From Octopus bimaculoides (taxonomy: Eukaryota), in NCBI RefSeq assembly GCF_001194135.2, contig NC_069006.1, forward strand, positions 4,272,141 through 4,336,140: a stretch of DNA of 64,000 bases, in the 5' to 3' direction. Each line of letters opens with the position of its first letter. The stretch's first letter is position 1. The notes under the pieces are model-generated. The model did no database searches. It was not told the DNA's origin and worked only from the letters and a program-made list of their open reading frames with translations. This document shows, piece by piece, positions 1 through 12,487 of the stretch. Made by a program: the position numbers and the translations under genes.

Positions 1-559
1 GATCACATCACAAGAAGAATAAAACCAATTTCCAAAGATGAATTTGAAGAATTTCTCTTTCAGAAAATTGAAAATATTGAAAAGGATGTATTTCAATTTT
101 AATGAAAAAAATGTTTTGATTTGTCTAGTTTCAGTGAAAATAACATTAATGAGGAAGAAACCTGCGTCATTGAATGGAATTATTGATACCATGCCAGAAT
201 TATCTTCCAAAATATCAGGCTGCACACAAAAATTTAAGCAGCCACCAAATGAAATGAAATGGTTACAACCAGGAATACAAACGAAATTGGATTGAATCCC
301 TGTTTCATGGAAACTTCTTGTCTATTCTACATATTCCTCAAATTGATACTACAAAGACCCCAAATTTGTAAAGGTGGCTAGAGCTGAGTCAATCAAATAG
401 TTTGCTCAGCTGAAAGAGGACAAAACTCAAACACTACTGAATGTAAACTGAGAATTTATAAAGGATCTAACTTATATTTTAAACTCTTAGTCTTCTGTTC
501 TATCATTTTGTGCTAAAACTTTTACCTTTGCTAGATTTACTTTAAGACTTCTCAATTGT

Positions 560-2177
560 AGGGATGCTGTCAGTAAGGTGAGGGTTGGCAATGAGTATAG
601 TGAAGAATTCCACCAACGATCAGTCCTCAGCCCCCTCTTATTCATCATAGTCCTCCAGGATAGGATGCCTCTGGGAGCTCCTCTATGCTGATGACCTTGC
701 TCTAATAGCTAAGTCACTTTGAGAACTAAAGAAGTTTCAGGTGTGGAAGCAAGGTCTAGAATTGAAGGGCCTTAGAGTTAACCTAGCAAAAACCAAAGTC
801 TTAGTAAGTAGGAAGGTAGATGGCTCTGCTCGATTTGTAGAAAAGGCATAGGTAGAAATTCCACAAGATGTACCCGGTGTAAGCTATGGACACATAAGAG
901 GTGCAGCAATATCAAAGGAAGGCTAACTGGGACGATAGTTTTTGCGTGTGGCAAATGCTCAGGAGCAATAAACACTGAAAATGTGCAGAAAACAGTTTCC
1001 GTCACATGCTGGGGGAAAAAACTAGAAGTAGTTGATAGTTTCTGTTACCTAGGTGACCAAGTCAGTAGCAAGGATGGATGCTCTGAGAGCATAGCTGCTA
1101 GAATAAGAATAGCCTGGGCAAAGTTCAGAGAGCTCCTACCTCTGCTGGTAACAAAGGTCCTCTCACTCAGAGTGAAAGGTAGACTGTATGATGCCTGTGT
1201 GTGAACAGCCATGCTACATGGCAGTGAAACATGAGCTATGACTACTGAGAACGTGTAAGCTTGCAAGGAACGAAGCTAGTATGCTCTGCTGGATGTGTAA
1301 TGTCAGTGTGCATACACGACAGAGTGTAAGCGCTCTGAGAGAAAAGTTGGACATCAGAAGTTCAGATGTGTGCAAAAGAGACGACTGTGCTGGTATGGTC
1401 ATGTGATGCATACAGATGAAGACAACTGTGTGAAAAAGTGTCACACCCTAGCAGTTGAGGGAACCTGTGGAAGAGGTAGACCCAGGAAGACTTGGGATGA
1501 GGTGGTGAAGCACAACCTTTGAACATTGGGCCTCACAGAGGCACTGACAAGCTACCAAGACCTTTGGAGATATGTTGTGCTTGAGAAGACCTGGCAAGCC
1601 AAGTGAGACCATAACCGTGGCCTCTGCCAGTGCCGCATAACCAGCCCATTTAAGAGTACCCTTCAATCATTGGGCAATAAAACTGTTGAGAAGACCTGTT
1701 GAGTCAAGTGAAATCATTGTTGTGGCTGATGCCAGAACCATCAGACTGGGACCCGTTCTGGTGGCACGTAAAAAGTACCATTTGAGCGCGGTCGATGCCA
1801 GTCCTACTGGCACATAAAATGCACCATACGAACGTGGTCACTGCCAGTGCCACCTGACTGGTCCCGTGCTGGTGGTATTTAAAAAGTACCATTCGAGCGT
1901 GGTCATTGCCAGTTCCGCCTGACTGGCTCCTGTACCCGTGACATGTAAAAAGCACCATTTGAGCATGATCGATGCCAGTGCTGCCTGACTGGCTCTTGTG
2001 CCAGTGGCACATAAAAGCACCCACTACATTCTCAGAGTGGTTGGTGAGGAAGGCCATCCAGCTGCAGGAACCTTGCCAGATCAGATTGGAGCCTGGTGTA
2101 GCTTTCTGGCTTGCCAGTCCTGTCAAACCATCCAACCCATGCTAGCATGGAAAGCGAACATTAAACAATGATGATGT
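560..2177 (+). mobile_element. 5'-truncated, decayed RTE-clade LINE (RT C-terminal region plus long 3' UTR ending in a GAT tail)
   Basis: Broken frames encode VLSPLLFII, EVVDSFCYLGDQVSSKDGCSESIAARIRIAWAKFRELLPLL, WYGHVM and RGRPRKTW, followed by tandem ~65-nt units and an atgatgatg tail. Confidence 0.88.
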
Positions 2178-2698
2178 TTCCATGTCTAGAGTTACCTCTC
2201 TAAACCTTCAATATATTCACTATATTTGATTGCATAAACAATGCTCAGGCTTGTTGGATGCACTCCAATTTCAGCAATGCATACTTTGGAAAAAGTGCTT
2301 TTAGTACATTAAAACTCATGGGAGGCACATCTTCGCATATAGGACCCAGGGCGAATTTTTGGAGACATTTTAGAGGGTAAAAAAGTGCATCTTATCTTCC
2401 ACATTTGTTGGCATGTGGTAGGTCATACAAGTTCCCATGAACGGCTAATCTTTAACTCCTCTGTAATGACCTGATGAACTGTAGTAAAAAGGAGGGGGGC
2501 AAACAACTGAACCCTAATCGACCCCCTACTTCCACACTAAATTACTTACTGAACTCTTGCCTCACTGCTTGCATAACTTTAACAAGTCATTCATTTATCC
2601 TTAATTTACTTAGCAATCACCAGACAACAAGGATCCTTGTCAAACGCCTTCTCCAGATCAATGAATGCTATTTAATAGTGGTTTACTCTTAGCAAAGT

Positions 2699-3086
2699 GG
2701 AGGCGCAATGGCCCAGTGGTTAGGGAAGAGGACTCGCGGTCATAGGATCGCAGTTTCGATTCCCAGACCGGGCGTTGTGAGTGTTTATTGAGTNNNNNNN
2801 NNNAACACCTAAAAGCTCCACGAGGCTCCGGCAGGGGATGGTGGCGAACCCTGCTGTACTCTTCCACCACAACTTTCTCTCACTCTTTCTTCCTGTTTCT
2901 GTTGTGCCTGTAATTCAAAGGGTCAGCCTTGTCACTCTGTGTCACGCTGAATATCCCCGAGAACTACGTTAAGGGTACACGTATCTGTGGAGTGCTCAGC
3001 CACTTGCACGTTAATTTCACGAGCAGGCTGTTCCGTTGATCGGATCAACTGGAACCCTCGACGTCGTAAGCGACGGAGTGCCAACA
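2699..3086 (+). mobile_element. tRNA-derived SINE, family B (head GGAGGCGCAATGGCCCAGTGG), with 13-bp TSD
   Basis: A-box TGGCCCAGTGG and B-box GTTTCGATTCC; ACTCTTAGCAAAG at 2685-2697 and 3087-3099; near-identical copy at 17799-18275. Confidence 0.88.
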
Positions 3087-3389
3087 ACTCTTAGCAAAGA
3101 ACTTGTCTCGTTAACATAGTGTCCTTGAATAAGATACTTCATTCCACTTGGCTGAAATTGAATTGTGTCTGCTACAAAAAAAGCAACATGTAGGATATTG
3201 GCCCTCAAATCTTGTGAAATCCTGATGTCATCAGCTCTTAATGGCTATGGCACATTTGGTGAGACAGAGATATAAGACAACCTAGAGGATGAAGATATGG
3301 AAATTGAAATGTCCTTCTGTTAAACTTAAGTTCAGAGGTTTTAGATGATATGTATGTCAAACAAGGAAGAGATAGAGACAAACTTATAA

Positions 3390-3620
3390 CAGAAGGCATC
3401 TGGAAATGCCTACAAGACAGAAAAAAATACCTACTCCAATACTCCACCTACCCCAGAAATGTTCATACCTGTATTCCCTGTTCTCGGAGAATGTGGTTTT
3501 TGTACCACCCCCACTTCTATCTAACCCCTTGTGCACAATAACTCCTGCATTTCTACAGCCTTTCCACATTTACTTTTCATCATGCCAATGATGATGCTGG
3601 CAGCCCTGAAGTTTTGTACC
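3390..3620 (-). mobile_element. Decayed fragment of a LINE (RTE-like) AP-endonuclease N-terminus
   Basis: Remnants RAASIIIGMMKSKCGKAVEM and EYRYEHFWGRWSIGVGIFF resemble the TLNVGTM...EVVEM and YKFFW...GVGILL motifs. Confidence 0.45.
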
Positions 3621-4061
3621 TGGCAGGAAGAGGGAGGTTTTCAGTGGTGTCAGGATCATTACTTGATGTCTCCCTCATCTTGCTACGATGAGTTTGTCAG
3701 TCGTACTAAATTCCAATTTCGTCCAAGCTAATTCTCTTCCTCGTCAGTTGTACTATAACTATGTTGCTTTCATAACTTCTTAGTCTGTGAATTTGATATC
3801 TCCGTAGTTCTTTCTAGAGCTAATCTTTATCCATGATAATATTGCTGTGTCAGTCACTGGGTGCGATATCTCTCTCCAATACCTGATTGACTCTGTGGGT
3901 AACTAATGCAATCCCCCACTTCACCACATATTGTGAGCATCACCCAACAACCATCCCTCGTGAATTGGCTGCTTCTCTTACCTTCATATCACCACACCCA
4001 TTTCTGTCCTCATTCTTGATCACTCTCTCTCTCTCTCTCACTGTGATCAGGTAACCACGTG

Positions 4062-5286
4062 TTGGGTCATCCCATAAATAATACAGTGTTTTCGATTGCA
4101 TGAACTAAAAGTCAGAGGAGAATGGGATAAACTACCTGCATCAACTTGCTATAAAAGCAAGTAGTAGTTTTACCTTGTACTTATTCTTAGTGCAAGTTTT
4201 GAAGAGTGCAGTTCGATTTTAACAGTTATTTTTTCAAAGCTGTAATGTAAATGACAAAGGAGCATATTCGAGGAATATTAATGCAGTATATGAAGATCAG
4301 ACAATAAGCGTAAGCCAGTGTAAATGGTGATTCCAAAAATTCCGAGCCAGAAACTACAGCTTAGAAAATGAGCCTCGTCCTAGATCTGTAGAGCTCAACA
4401 AGGACATCCTAAAAACCCTGGTGGAACAAAATCCCATCGTAAGTGTTGAGGAACTAGCAGAGAACCTTGGATTTGGTCATTCACCCATTCATCGACACCT
4501 GTGTGCCAGCGGAAAAGTCAGAAAATTGGGCCAATGGGTTCCTCACAGACTTTCCCGAGTCTAATCACGTGTAGAGAGTGAATGTGTGCTCTTCTTTGCT
4601 GTCACTTTCACAAATGCAACTTTTTTGAACTGAATAGTAGATGGGGACAGGAAATGGGTTCTCTATAAAAGTGTCAAGTGCCAAAGACAGTGGGTAGGGA
4701 AGGGAGAAACACCAGCACCCCAGGCTAAAGAAGGTTTTCACCCACATAAGGTATTGTTATCTGTTTGGTGGGATATGAAAGGTTTGGTTCACTTTGAACT
4801 TTTAAATCCAAACCAAATGATAACAAAGGAGATCTACTGTGAACGGCTTAAGTCAGCGCTAGAAGAAAAACAACCATCTTTGGTTTCAAGACGAAAGGTG
4901 TTCATCCATCAGGATAATGCTTGGCCACATAGAGCGAGGATGAATTCCAAATACTGGAGCAGTTTGAATGGGGAACAATGACCCCCACCCACCATATTCG
5001 CTGGACATTGCTTCATCTGATTATCATTTATTCCACAGTCTTCAGAATCGTGTGGACGGAAAAAATATAAGTTCTCTAGACAAGGTTAGAACAGTACTGG
5101 AGGAGTATTTTTTGTCACAGACAAGTGAATTATGGAAGAGGGGCCTTGCAAGTCTACCAGATAGAAGGAAGAGCATTGTAGAAAATGAAGGAGAGTATAT
5201 TTTAGATTAAAAAAGAACTTTGTTTATTTTAATTTTGAAAAATAAGAAAATATTTTTAAAAAAACATTATTTATGGGATGACCCAA
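4062..5286 (+). mobile_element. Full-length but inactivated mariner transposon with 21-bp TIRs
   Basis: Perfect TIRs TTGGGTCATCCCATAAATAAT / ATTATTTATGGGATGACCCAA, with TA on the right flank (TG on the left). The broken transposase contains GQWVPHRL, HQDNAWPH and HPPYSLDIASSDYHLF. Confidence 0.93.
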
Positions 5287-6959
5287 TACCTCCTATACAG
5301 CAAGGGACCCTGTTTCTGCCTCTCTGTCACACTCTAACCTTTCATCATCTGACACAAGATCTCCTCTTCCAATGCCTTCTCCCCCTCTCAAAGATTCCTT
5401 GTCTTGCAAATTACTTGGTGACGCCGCTAGTACTGGTGCTTTGTAAAAAGCATCCAGTCCACACTGTAAAGTGGTTGGCATCTGGAAAGGCATCCATCTG
5501 TAAAAACCATGCCAAAACTGACTTCACATGTGCTTGTACCACATGAAAAGCACTCTGCTGGGTGGTTGGCATTAGGAAGGGCATCCAGCTGTAAAAACTG
5601 GGCCAAAGCAGACACGGACATCTGGTGCAATCCCCTTCCTGACCAGCTCCTGTCAAACTGTCCAACCGATGCCAGCATGGGAAGCAGATGTTAAATGATG
5701 ACAACAATGATGAAGCCTTTTGATACCAACTCACTGAGATCACCCCTTGTTTCTATGACACAAAACTTCCTATTTTAAAGTGATCTAAATTAAAACCTTC
5801 CTTCAAAATTTCACGTTAATTTATAATCCAAACAACAGCTTGATGACACTTCATCATCATCATCATCATCCAGCGTGTTTTTCCTGCTGACTGATTGGAT
5901 TGTTGGTATTTTGATGTAACCACAGATCTGGTCTGAGGTTGACAGCTGCTTATCTCACACAAATTCCCTGTTCTTTCTTATAGCTCTCTCTCTCTCTCTG
6001 TCCTCCTCCTTGTCATTTACTTTGGAAATACACTGCATTTCTTTCAAGTATTTTTGTAAAATAATGAAGAAATTAGTAAAATGGCTTTATCATTATTAAG
6101 TTGGTGCCTGCAACATAAATTAGCATGAAATTTTGTTGGAAGGTTTTAATTCACCAGCAATATACCTGATGCCCCCACCTACATTTCTTCTTCCTTTTCT
6201 TTTTATTTTAAAGACTTATTCACCATTCATTTCCTGTAAATTATCCTATGTCCTGTTCAATGCAGTTTAGTTAGTTTTTCTGATGAGTGGTAGCACACCT
6301 AAGCACTATATACAATAAGTTTGTTACTATAATTTAGATCACTTTAAGATAAGAAGTTTACATCATAGAACCAGAGGTCATTTCAGGCAGGTTAATATCA
6401 AAGAAGTTTAGCTGACCAATAAACAAATAATTGAACACTTGCATGGAGAGGAATCTGCCTACGAGCTTATAGATACTGTTTCTGATCCCAAACTGGAAAC
6501 TACTACCATTAAGTGCCTTAACAGACTGGAACTATTCTGGTCTGCCACATCAGACCGAAGAAAGGATTATCAATTATTCATTATTATTATTTAATGTCTG
6601 CTTTTCATGCTGGCATGGGTTGCACAGTTTAACAGGAGCTGCACCAAGTTCCATTGTCTGTTTTGGCACAGTTTCTACAGCAGGATGCCCTTCCTAATGC
6701 CAACAAATTTAGTGTGTGCTGGGTGATTTTAATGTGGCACCAATGTCCCCAAAATTCCATGTTTGTGTAACAGCACGTGATTGGTGGTCAAACAATTAAT
6801 GTCACATTTGATAGAAAACAGATAGGGCTGTGACATGTTTATCACAAAACTTTGAATCATTCCCAAATAATTCGCCCAATTTAATTTCAAGTACATACAA
6901 GTAACAGCTATTTATCTCCCTTGTTTCATGAGATCTACGTTATGCAGTTATACTCAACT

Positions 6960-7400
6960 AATGCCCATTCCATCCATCCATCCATCAATTTTCTCTGTCC
7001 ATTACTCATGGGAGTCGAGTCCTCAAGCATCTCCCCTATAGGGTCCTATTAGACGAAGCCATTATTACACTTTCCTGCTGGATTCCCAAGTGTGACTAAT
7101 TGAAACTATGGATATTATTCAACAATTTCATTTTCAGTCTATCCCTGTGTCCACTGCTGGTTGGTTTGGCTTGAAGAATCTGTCTAGCAATCCTTTTCTG
7201 CAAAATTCTAAACACATGTCCTTTGTATTTGAGTTGTGACTTATCAATGCAGAGAAGTAGCATCTCAACCTGCAGGGACTCTCTGCTTCACACATCCATA
7301 ACATTCTATATTAATGTCGCCAATTTTTAAACCTCCGAACTGTTAGATAGCAAGAGTTGAATGTCCTTACGAGTTTTTGCTCATTTTTGGATGTTCAGTT
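6960..7400 (-). mobile_element. RTE-like LINE 3' fragment with (GATG)n tail
   Basis: The minus-strand remnant IDKSQLKYKGHVFRILQKRIARQILQAKP is followed by a GGAT-repeat tail. Confidence 0.55.
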
Positions 7401-7829
7401 GTGATTTTTATTATGTTTGTTCTTCCTACGAAAAACTGTTGACTACCATCTGGTGCTTTTCTTCTGCGTTCAGCTGGATTTATGTTGTAATTAAATAATA
7501 CCTTTAAAGAACCTAGCTTCCTAATAAAATACTCTTTTCTACTCTAGGCACAAAGCCCAAGATTTTTGGGGAGGGGGCCAGTCGATTAGATCGACCCCAG
7601 TATGCAACTGGTACTTAATTGATCGACCCCCCCAAAAGGCAAAGTCGACCTCAGCAGAATTTGAACTCAGAACATAAAGACAGACGAAATACCGCTGAGC
7701 ATTTCACTCGGCATGCTAACATTTATGCCAACTCACTGCCTTTCCCTAATGGAATACCGTGATAACTAATACAGCCATTATCATCATCACATATGCTTTT
7801 CCATGTCTGCATGGGTTAGGTGAGTACCC

Positions 7830-8045
7830 TCCAACACAATATCCTAACATTTGTTGTATTCCTTTGTCATTTCTTTTACGAGGTTCAATATTTTGCGATC
7901 AGCCTTCACGACTTCTCCCAATCTTTGGTTTTCCTTTTCCACCAGATCCTTCCGCAAGAATCTCTTGGCAATTCTTCACCCATCTTCCATACACATTTTA
8001 TGTCCATAGCAACAGGACCGTTGCTCTTCTACGATCGATTTCTCT
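7830..8045 (-). mobile_element. RTE-like LINE 3' fragment
   Basis: The minus-strand remnant YGHKMCMEDG*RIAKR...GKGKPK resembles the RTE C-terminal region. Confidence 0.45.
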
Positions 8046-8289
8046 CAACTCCTCATCATAATGGTCACAAAGATAAAATATTAAAAAACGTTCACATTTA
8101 CAATTAAAATTACTAATTTCATTCATCATTTGAAATATATACAGTATGGAAATATTTCTGAATGTATTTTCGATAACCAGTTTTATCTCTGCTGCTTATC
8201 GACACTGAATGTTCTGCTTGTCCAGTTTTCATTTTAAAGACAACGTATAGTTTGGAAATGGCATGAGGACGTAATTATTATCATTATTA

Positions 8290-8320
<31 letters not shown>

Positions 8321-8584
8321 TGAGAATATGTGATGTTCATTATGTTTCAGAAAGCATAAGTGATTGTAAATGAAGCAATCCTAACTAATTAATGAGTTGC
8401 TTCAATGAAAAAGATGATAATAATAATAAAAATAACAACAACAATAATAATAATATTAATATAACCCTATTTCTTAAGATCTAAGGTTTGAATGTCACAA
8501 ATATAATACAGTTTGTGAATGCAAAGAATGCCGCTAAAAGCCTTGATGAAAACATGTAAGACTAAACGGCTGACATAAATACGT

Positions 8585-8616
<32 letters not shown>

Positions 8617-10942
8617 AAATCTGTCCTGAAATCCTTTGATAAATACCTTGATGTTTACCATGCCATGAAGTTGGCAGTGTTTGATTTGAAGACGATTCTT
8701 TTTGACAACAGCCATTTCTTTCTACAGCAAGGTACACCGACAGATCCTAACCCGACATCTTGGTTAATAAGCTTTTGCTCAACGATTGGAGCAAAGGCAG
8801 TCGCAACCAAGCACATCACACACACACACAGAAGTTTATTTAGAGGGGTGGGGGTGAAGAAGAGGGAATGAAATTTCCTTTACATACTGAATGATTTTTT
8901 TTTTTCCCTTTTCGTCATGAAACAAAGAAATATGATGGAATTACTAAATGCATAAAGTCTTTTGCTTCAGCTTCCAGCAAATGAATGACTACGTGTACAT
9001 AAGTGTGTGTGTGTGTACATATATAAGGTGCAGGTGTAGCTGTGTGGTTGAGAAGTTTGACTCCCAACTGCATGGTTCTGAGTTCAGTCCCACTGCATGG
9101 CACCTTAGGCGTCTTTTACTACAGCATCATGCCAACTGAAGCCTCGTGAGTGGATTTCTAAAAAGAACGTTTTGCATTTCTTTTTACATCTGTTTTTTCC
9201 ATGCAGGCATGGGTTGGAGGAATATATTACTGAGACATTTTGTTTGACAGCCAAATGTCGCTTCTGTCACTAATACCTTTACCCGTTTCACAAATTATGA
9301 GATCTCTTAATCCACATATGTTCCAAGATACTCAGCCAGTGGACAATTGTTGAAACAGGGAAGGACAACATCGTCATTTGTAGCTTTCAGATTGCAAATA
9401 TAAACACACACACAAGGTGGACAACTGACTAAAGTTGTCTGTCAGAATGATTGCTTTGTAATAATCATTCTGGCTCTCTGTGCTCAGAGTACAAATCCTG
9501 CCATGGTCAACTTTGCCTTTCATTCTTTCGGGGTCAGTAAAGTACCAGTCATGCACTGCGGTCTATTCTTCACTTTCATTCACTCTTTCGTTCTCTCTTC
9601 CACAAGAAATCAAATGTGATCAGACCTAGAGAGGTTTGGACTCCACCAGGTCTGAAAATGCCCATGCATGGGCGTATGTGTATGTGTGTGTATACGATAC
9701 ATACATGCACAAACAAGATGTGCCTTCAGTTTCTGCCTTGCGAATCCACTCAGAAGGCTTTGATCAGTCAGGAGCTACAGAAGACACTTGGCTCAGGTGT
9801 CAAGTAATGGATCTAAACCATGGGGTTACAAAACGAACTTCTTAACCACACAACCACACCTGTGTGTGCCCCCCACCCCACCCACATACACACACCACTT
9901 TCACACAAACATCACAGATATATATACATTTTAATGGTAGGGATGATTTAGATCCAGGCTCTCACCTCCATAGTACTCCATCCAAGTACTTGGCTCAAGG
10001 AGTGCTTAAAGAAGAGTACGAACAGTACGCCTCATTAATCAACCAATTGTTAATTAATTAAATAATAATACTTATGCACCCTGCAAATCCAAAGACTGTA
10101 TAACAAGGTATTGGACCTTCATTGCAGAGTAAATAACAATAATAATAATAATAAATGAATAAGGAATGAAGATGATGTTCTGTTTCGGTAACGATTGTTT
10201 CCATGAAAATGATTACTTAGTGATTGCTTAGATGTTACATATTTATTATGTGTTTCAGTCATCACACTGTGGCCATGCTGGGGCACTGCCTTGAAGAATT
10301 TTTAGTCGAAGGAATTGTTTCGATCCAGTTATTTCTTTTTAAAGCCTAGTATTTATTGTATCGATCGCTTTTGCTGAACTGTTAAGTTACAGGGGATGTA
10401 GACAAACCAACACTGGTTGTCAAATGTTGGTGGGGGACAAACACAGACACAAAGACATACACACACATATAGATACATATTCAATGGGCTTCTTTCAGTT
10501 TTCGTCTGTCAAATTCACTGACAAGGCTTTGGTTGACCCGAGGCAGTAGTAGAAGATACTTGTCCAAGGAGCCAGGCAGTAGGACTGAACCTGGAACCGT
10601 GTGGTTGGGAAACAAACTTCTTACTACACAGCCACGCCTGCGCCTATATACAGAGGTTATTATTTCATGTCACATAATAATAATAATCCTTTCTACAAAA
10701 GACAAGGCCTGAAATTTCGGGGAAGGGACTAGTCATTTACATCAACCCCCAGTGTTTCACTGGTACCTAATTTATCGACCCCGAAAAGATGAAAGGCAAA
10801 GTCAACCTCGGCAGAATTTGAACTCAGAATGTAAAGACTGGTGAAATACCGCTAAGCATTTTGCCTGGCCTGGTAATGATTCTACCAGCTCACCACCATT
10901 GTCACATAATGATACTAATAAAAATTAAAATAAAATATCCAT

Positions 10943-10948
10943 TTTATT
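10943..10948 (-). terminator. Candidate APPBP2 poly(A) signal (AATAAA), implying a ~1.3-kb 3' UTR
   Basis: AATAAA on the minus strand followed by U-rich sequence, at the end of the largely unique sequence downstream of the stop codon. No transcript evidence. Confidence 0.3.
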
Positions 10949-12260
10949 TCGTCAGGTGTTGTGTAGAATCATTAGGTTACAATCCATTCGTGGGAGATGT
11001 CATCCCAACAAGAGAAAGTAACACGAGATAGAGAGACACACACACACACACAGATGAAGGTCTAACCAGGTTGACTGACTGGGGGATGGTTTAATTCAAC
11101 ATTTATAAGGTTCCAACTAATCTGAGACACTTATAAAGGACATTGAAAGTGAAATAATCGAGTCTGTCACTGTAGTATTTATGATGTTTGAGTGAGTAGA
11201 GAAAAAAAACATCTAGAAGACAGCGATAGCTTATAGGGACTTCGAATTAAGACAAAGCAGTAAATTTTGTATCTATGAGGGTTTCTAGTCACTCATTAAT
11301 ACTTATAGATCCACCACCACGAGATAACATTAAAAGTAATTAGGTGCAAAAACACATCCAAGAAACATACCATATATATATATATATACATATATATACA
11401 TACACACAAATTGACTGAGTAATGAGGCATACTGTTAGTACACACACAAGATCCCTCAGTTGAGTGGGGGGTTCCTGTCTTGCATGTTATTTGGCAATCT
11501 CATTATTACTGGTGCCTCAAAAAAAAAAAAAGAAAAAGCATTTGGTACATCTGTAAAGTGGTTGGTATCAGGAAGAGCATCCAGCTGTAGAAACCATGTT
11601 AAAGCAGACAGTGGAGCCAGGCACAGCCTTCGCTCAACGGTTCATGTTGAACTGTCCAACTCCTGCCGGCATGGAAAAAGGGACATTAAAAGATGATGAT
11701 GTCTGTATCTATACATAGCATACGCACACACACTCACACTCGATTCTTTCAGACACCGATCAGTTGGAACAAATATTGAATTAAAACATTTCTCCAGTCA
11801 GTCAATATGTCGGATACACCTCCATCTCTTTCGCATGTTGTTGGAATGGCATCTGTCATAGATTGATTGTCACCCAAACGTTCTACAGGGCATCTGACAA
11901 AATGAAATGAATATTCGGTTTTATCAGGCATTATTACATAAGAATCTCTATCTATGTAATGCATAAGTATACAATAATAACCGTTCTCATGGAAACGATC
12001 GTCACATACTATAACATTGTCTTCATTCCTTATAGATATATATATTTAATGTATTTATGTACACACTCACACACATACTATCACCATACGCAATATAACT
12101 TTTTTTTTATTATTATTTCTTCACCAGACACATATCATATATACACCGACACACATCTCTATGCACAAGATACTCACACTGCAACTTGTGTGATGTTTAC
12201 AAGTTTACAGTTGCATGTATTGATGATCTACAATGTTAAAAGTCATGGAGAGTTGTTGCA

Positions 12261-12487
12261 TTATGAGTTGAAAACGTATTTGTGAAGGTCCTGGACTGAT
12301 AGGTCCAATGAGAAGTCCAACGGTTTTACTTCAATAGCATTTGTATGATCACGAATGCGATTCCAATCCTGTAAAATCCGACTGTAGTGTAACATATTCT
12401 CTCTGTCCCCCTGGCTTTGGTACAGGCGTAAGAGGCCTTTGTAGTCATATTCAAGTCCACTGTATCCAGCACCAAACAGTTTTTTAC
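12261..12487 (-). CDS. APPBP2: APPBP2 last coding exon (227 nt): GKKLFGAGYSGLEYDYKGLLRLYQSQGDRENMLHYSRILQDWNRIRDHTNAIEVKPLDFSLDLSVQDLHKYVFNS*
   Basis: Acceptor tcttgcag|GT; open frame to TAA at 12263-12261. Confidence 0.93.

Noticed and set aside
1725-2030. CRISPR-like array (also at 15310-15580)
   Set aside because: The units are homologous along their whole length with no unique spacers. They sit inside a LINE 3' UTR in eukaryotic DNA, and there are no cas genes.
2699-2770. tRNA genes at SINE heads (also at 17799, 58047, 59343 and 63591)
   Set aside because: They have A/B boxes but no complete cloverleaf and continue into repeat bodies with tails and TSDs.
11749-11964. ORF with an internal acceptor-like site as an alternative APPBP2 last exon
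   Set aside because: The upstream exon already ends in a stop at 12261 with a homologous C-terminus. This peptide has no recognisable similarity and lies in the presumed 3' UTR.
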